From: Alligator mississippiensis
Lineage: Eukaryota
Reading direction: 5' to 3'
Length of the DNA stretch: 64,000 nucleotides
NCBI RefSeq assembly: GCF_030867095.1
Contig: NC_081830.1
Coordinates: 240,717 to 304,716, forward strand
Numbering within the stretch: the first letter of the stretch is position 1; every line of letters begins with the position of its first letter. The notes below the pieces were generated by a model. It was not told where the DNA came from and searched no databases. It saw only the letters and a list, made by a program, of their open reading frames with translations. Below are positions 59,796 to 64,000 of this stretch, in pieces. A program made the translations under genes and the position numbers.

Positions 59796-61551
59796 TCACT
59801 CGCTGTCGTCCTCGTCGCTGCTGATGATGCCGCGGAGCTGGGACCAGTCGGGGCGGGTGCGGGGGGGGCTGGGCGCTGGCGGGGTGCTGGGCGCCGCGTA
59901 CAAGCTCCATACATTGCGGCGGCGTGGGCGGCCTGCGCAGGGAGGGCAGAGGTCAGAGCACCGGGGAACCCAGGCATCCAGCCCCCACCCCCTGCTCAGT
60001 CGCTGTACGCACCGTGGGAGGGAATGATGTTGCCCAAGTCCAGCGCGGCCACCTCAGCCTCCTGCTCGCGGCGCAGGCGCACCTCCTGGCATCGCTGCAG
60101 CGATGGGCGCCCTGCAGGGTGGGGAGGAAGGGGGTTGAGTGGGGCTGCAGGGGCATCCCCAGCCCTGGCCCCCACTGCCACTCACCATCCAGGCCGAGCG
60201 CAGCCAGCTCCTGGCGCAGCACAGCCACGCGCTCCCGCCGGCTCCGGCACCCGCCCAGCAGCTTGCGATAGTTGGGCCGCACGCCACAGACGCGCAGGTA
60301 CCGCTTCAAGCGCCGCACCTCTGGGGCGTCCCCCGGCTCCTGCTTTCCCGTCCGCAGCCGGCCCTGTGTGCACGCGCTGGTCAGCCAGATAGCGGGCCTC
60401 CTGCCGCCCTGCTGTGCCCCATCCAGCCCCCAACACCCGGGTCCCCTGCTGCTTTACTGGCCCAGAGCTCTCAGCGCCCCTGGGCCCCACACTCACCTTC
60501 TGCTTCTTGCCCCCGGCGGCGCTGTGGGAGCGGGTGTTCTCCTGCGGGCGGGTGTTCTCCTCGTCGGAGGAGGACGAGGACGAGGAGGAGGAAGAGGAGG
60601 AGTCTTCGGCGCTCGCCTCCCGCTCCTTGTCCCCTGCCCCGGCCTCCCCCTCTGGCACGGACGCCTCTGGGCTCTCACTGCTGTTGGCCTTCATCTTTTT
60701 GGCCTCAGGGCTCTTGGCATCCCTGGCCCTTGGCTTCTTGGCCTCCGGGCTCCCCGTGTGCCTGGGACTCAGCTTCTTGGCCTCTGGGCTCTCGAGGTCC
60801 GCAGCCCTCAGTTTCTTGGTCTCTGGGCTCTTGGCCTCCCTGTCCGAGCCGTCGCTGTCGGAGCTGGACTCTGGGGGAGGCGAGGGGCTGGGGCTGGCGC
60901 TACTCTCATGCTCGGCGGCAGCTCTGGGCTTCTCGGCCTGCACAGACGGGTTGGGGTTGGAGCGGGCGAGACCCGCGGCGGGGGGCACGGGGGGGGGGGG
61001 GGGGGGGGTGACATGGGGGGTCCTCACCTGCGTGCGCAGCTCGGCCTCCACCAGGCGCCGCAGCAACCGCTTCTCGCCCGGCATCAGGCTCCCGTGCCCC
61101 GACTGTGCCACGAACCGGCGCCGCACGGCCCCCAGCGTCAGCGCGCTGCGGGGGTGTCAGCATGGGCGCGGGTCCCGGCCAGCTCCCACCGTCCTGCGTG
61201 CCCCGGAGCCAGGGCGGCCCAGCTCCCACAATCCTCTGCTCCCCGATGAACCCACTAGCCCAGCTCCCACAGTCCTTTGCTGCTCCCTATAACCCCACCA
61301 TAGAACCCAGGCGGGCCAGCTCCCACAATCCTTTGCTTCCCTGGGGAACCCAGGTGTCCTCGGTCCCACAATTTTCTGCTCCCCACAATGGACCCAGGGG
61401 CCCTGCCTCCCAGAATCCTTTGCGCTGCCACCCTGGTCTCCCAGGCAACCCAGGTGCCCCCGCCCCTTGCCCGGGGTCACCTGGGGTCGCGGCTGTCTTC
61501 GAAGAGCCGCCGCGTGAATTCGCGCAGTTCCTGCTCCCGCTCCGCCGCCAT
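59796..61551 (-). CDS. HIRIP3: HIRA-interacting protein 3. About six coding exons: about 61481-61551, 61028-61144, about 60496-61000 (large acidic Ser/Glu-rich exon), about 60186-60363, 60013-60111 and 59796-59932.
   Basis: The protein begins MAAEREQELREFTRRLF and includes VRRRFVAQSGHGSLMPGEKRLLRRLVEAELRTQ. The acidic/serine exon has repeated SPEAKK motifs and a poly-Ser tract. The CHZ-like region has MRRLKRYLRVCGVRPNYRKLLGGCRSRRERVAVLRQELAALGLD and ..AEVAALDLGNIIPSH. The C-terminus PDWSQLRGIISSDEDDSE* matches human PDWSHMRGIISSDGESN*. Confidence 0.9.
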
Positions 61552-61879
61552 CGCTGCGCCCCGCCGGCTGCCGTAGCCCGCCAAGCGCCGCCGCGGAGGC
61601 CGACGGGACACGTAGTCCCGGCAACCAGCAAACCGACGAGAAGCCGCGGGGGTTCACGGGACACGTAGTCCGCGGAAAGGGCAGGCCAATGGGAAGCCGG
61701 GAGCGGTCGGAGCGTCGCGCGCCGCGTTGTCTCGGAAACGAGCGGGCCAATGGGCGGGCGCGCGGGGCATGGCGGGACGAGGCGGCGCGCGGGGCACGCC
61801 GGGAGTGCTGCTCGCCCCGGCCCCGCGCGGGGCACGCCGGGAGTGCTGCTCGGCGCGCGGTGCATGCCGGGCAGGGGCC
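61552..61879. promoter_or_regulatory. HIRIP3/INO80E bidirectional CpG promoter (328 bp between divergent ATGs) with two CCAAT boxes (61685, 61746) and a duplicated 15-mer CGGGACACGTAGTCC (61606, 61655).
   Basis: The CCAAT boxes read caggccaatgggaag and cgggccaatgggcgg. The same head-to-head arrangement occurs at human 16p11.2. Confidence 0.7.
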
Positions 61880-61966
61880 ATGAACGGCGCCGCGGCCGAG
61901 GCCGAGCCGGGCGGACACAAGCGGCGCTACCGGGCCCTCAAGCGGCGCCTCAAGCTGCTGGTCTAC
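61880..61966 (+). CDS. INO80E: INO80E exon 1.
   Basis: ATG at 61880; donor tac|gtgcgc. Confidence 0.9.
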
Positions 61967-63640
61967 GTGCGCGGGGGGGCAGCGGGGGCGGGCCGCGGGG
62001 GGGGCCGGCGCTGCGGGCCCCCGTGACGCCTTCCCCCTTTCCCCCCAGGAGCAGGAGTGCTTCCAGGAGGAGCTGAGGAAGGCGCAGCGCAGACTGCTCA
62101 AGGTGTCGCGGGATAAGAGGTGAGGGGGCCGCGGGGCGGGCGGGCACGGGCAGCGCGGGCCGCCCTGACAGCACCGCTCTTTCACCCCCGCAGCTTCCTG
62201 CTGGACCGGCTGCTGCAGTACGAGCACGTGGACGAGGAGTCCTCGGGTACGGATTTCGGGGGGCCCCGGGTGCGTGCGTGCGGGAGGGCCGCGGGTCTGC
62301 GTCCCCCTGACGTCTCCTTTCCCCCTGGCCGCAGACTCGGAGGCGACGGCCTCGTCCGACAACAGTGACGGGGACGGGCCCAAGGGCGCAGCCGAGCCCC
62401 CGCCCCTGAAGAGGTGAGGTCCCGCGTGCGCTTGTGCGGAGCGTGCTCGGGGGGGCGGGCGTCGTCAAGACGAAACACCAGCTTTGAACACGACGGCCCA
62501 GGCTTTGCCGGGTGACGGTCGTCTACTCGTGCCACGGACGGTCGTGGCCCCCTGGGGGGGTCGGCGGGGAAAGTAGCGTTCAGCGCGCCTGTCTGGGCGT
62601 GCGCCAGGCTCAGGTGTGGCTGCCAAATCCTCCCTGCCTGCAGCCCCCACAACGTGTCTCTGTCGCCCAGGAAGCGGAGCCCCCAGCTGGGCGGCGCCTC
62701 GTCCCCGTCCTCCTCTGGCCTCTCCCTGCAAGCGACCACCGCCTTCCCGCTGCCGGGGTCCGGAGCCCCCTCCCCCTACCTCAGCTCGGTGAGTAGGAAC
62801 CAGCCTCTCCACCCCCTGCTTTTGCAGGGTGGGCAGGGGAACTGCCTGCAGAGATTGCTGGTGTCGTTTGCCAGCACCAAAGATGGCTGCTGTGACCAGA
62901 AAAGGGCAAATGCCAGGGTCCAAGATGGCTGACAGGCGTCCCTGTGCAGGGGTGGGGCTCTGGTGGGAGTGGCACAGGTGGGTTTCTTTGCCAGTACACA
63001 GTATGGTTGCCAGGACTTCTTTTATTATGCTTAGTGAGGGTGAAGTACGCCTACTTTGGGCCTGGCCAAGTTCCAACACAGTGGGCTTGCTTGGCCGGCA
63101 GCTGGGGTGGCCAAATCTCCCTGCTCCTAAGCACCCTCGTGCAGGGGGTGGGGTACGGCCACATGGCAGCTTATCGTCCTCCTCCTCCGCAGATGGCGTC
63201 TCCCCCCTACAGCCCCTTTCCTGCCGAGTACCTGGCGCCTGAGCCTGGAGCCACCCGGCAGGCCCCCGACCGCCGCGCCAAGGCCCCCCGCAAGCTCCAG
63301 GTACGACACAGGTGGATGGGGGGGAGCGCCCGGCGCCAAGGTGGCTACCAGGCCCTGGGGGGAGGTGGTGGTGCGTGCCAGGCCCCAAGATGGCTGCACT
63401 GACACACTCCCTCCCCTGCAGATGGCGTCGGCCGAGTGTTCGGTGGGGGGGGCGCTGGGGTTTGGGCCAGGCCGGGGGGGGGGCCCAGGCGCCCTGCCCC
63501 CGCTCTCGGCCTCGGCCAAGCTGCCGCCGCCGCCAGTGCCCTGCACGGTGCCGCAGCAGATGTTCAGCGACACAGCCGAGGGCAGTGGCGACGACCCCCT
63601 GGACGGCGACGATGAGCTCGTCATTGACATCCCCGAGTGA
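61880..63640 (+). CDS. INO80E: INO80 complex subunit E, CDS span; seven coding exons.
   Basis: The CDS reads [85 protein letters not shown]...[20 protein letters not shown]...SPYLSS...[31 protein letters not shown]. This is highly similar to human INO80E. Confidence 0.93.
62049..62119 (+). CDS. INO80E: INO80E exon 2.
   Basis: Acceptor ccccccag; donor ag|gtgagg. Confidence 0.9.
62194..62246 (+). CDS. INO80E: INO80E exon 3.
   Basis: Acceptor cccccgcag; donor g|gtacgg. Confidence 0.9.
62335..62413 (+). CDS. INO80E: INO80E exon 4.
   Basis: Acceptor ggccgcag; donor ag|gtgagg. Confidence 0.9.
62671..62788 (+). CDS. INO80E: INO80E exon 5.
   Basis: Acceptor tcgcccag; donor tcg|gtgagt. Confidence 0.9.
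63193..63300 (+). CDS. INO80E: INO80E exon 6.
   Basis: Acceptor cctccgcag; donor cag|gtacga. Confidence 0.9.
63422..63640 (+). CDS. INO80E: INO80E exon 7 (terminal).
   Basis: Acceptor cccctgcag; stop TGA at 63638-63640. Confidence 0.9.
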   Translation: MASAECSVGGALGFGPGRGGGPGALPPLSASAKLPPPPVPCTVPQQMFSDTAEGSGDDPLDGDDELVIDIPE

Positions 63641-63651
63641 CCCCTGACCCC

Positions 63652-63657
63652 AATAAA
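63652..63657 (+). terminator. INO80E: INO80E polyA signal AATAAA.
   Basis: The string ccccaataaacactg, 12 nt after the stop. Confidence 0.7.
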
Positions 63658-64000
63658 CACTGCCTCTGCTGCTGCCCGCTCCCGCCACTGTCTGGGGGGT
63701 GCTCCTTTAAGGGCGCTGGGGTTTCTGCCTGGGGGGGAGAAAACTGCAAAGTTAAAGGGGACTTGACTCGAGGTCCAGGTGGGTGCTGGGGAAGAGAAAA
63801 TCCTGGCTTAAAGGGGTGAGTTGAGGTCCACCCAGCTGGGGGGGGTCCTGGGAGCCCAGACGCCCCGGGCTCACCCCACACCAGCCTGACAGTAGAGTGC
63901 GGGGGATGGGGGGTGCTCTGCGCTGCTTCCGGGGTCCCCCTTCCACTTGGGGCCAGCGACAGCCTCCTGATGCTGCGGTCTGGTGGGCAGGGCCTGCGGG

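Overview
This is a vertebrate nuclear genomic window, not prokaryotic. It is about 70% GC, and every recognisable gene is interrupted by GT-AG introns. A CR1-type LINE 3' fragment points to a sauropsid genome, most likely an avian microchromosome. The window is the orthologue of the gene-dense human 16p11.2 interval (the MAZ-DOC2A autism/schizophrenia CNV region). By protein similarity I can place 11 known genes: TLCD3B/FAM57B (-), MAZ (+), PRRT2 (+), CDIPT (-), TAOK2 (-, both the long and short C-terminal isoform exon sets), TMEM219 (-), KCTD13 (+), SEZ6L2 (+, 18 coding exons), PAGR1 (+), HIRIP3 (-) and INO80E (+). Gene order and orientation differ from human: the TAOK2-TMEM219-KCTD13-SEZ6L2 block is inverted, PAGR1 lies next to HIRIP3, TLCD3B sits upstream of MAZ, and MVP and ASPHD1 are not detectable. 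I also find four splice-consistent candidate genes that I cannot assign to a known family: (1) a Pro-rich/TM/Cys-rich small membrane protein; (2) a FIMP/C16orf92-like type-I membrane ORF; (3) a 6-exon acidic protein between CDIPT and TAOK2; (4) a 4-exon ~146-aa ORF sharing a bidirectional CpG promoter with KCTD13. Other notable structures: duplicated, mutually exclusive first coding exons in TLCD3B; dense NRF1 (GCGCATGCGC), CCAAT, YY1-like and octamer motif clusters in CpG-island promoters; a G-rich 41-bp minisatellite abutting the SEZ6L2 start; a strongly over-represented near-palindromic CCCTTTAAGGG motif family; and AT-rich islands containing hairpin or inverted-repeat elements. There are no rRNA, tRNA or CRISPR features and no prokaryotic operons. 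Exon coordinates were read by hand from the sequence and may be off by 1-2 nt; in two places (about 11700 and about 60490) my reading is 1 nt out of register with the ORF track.
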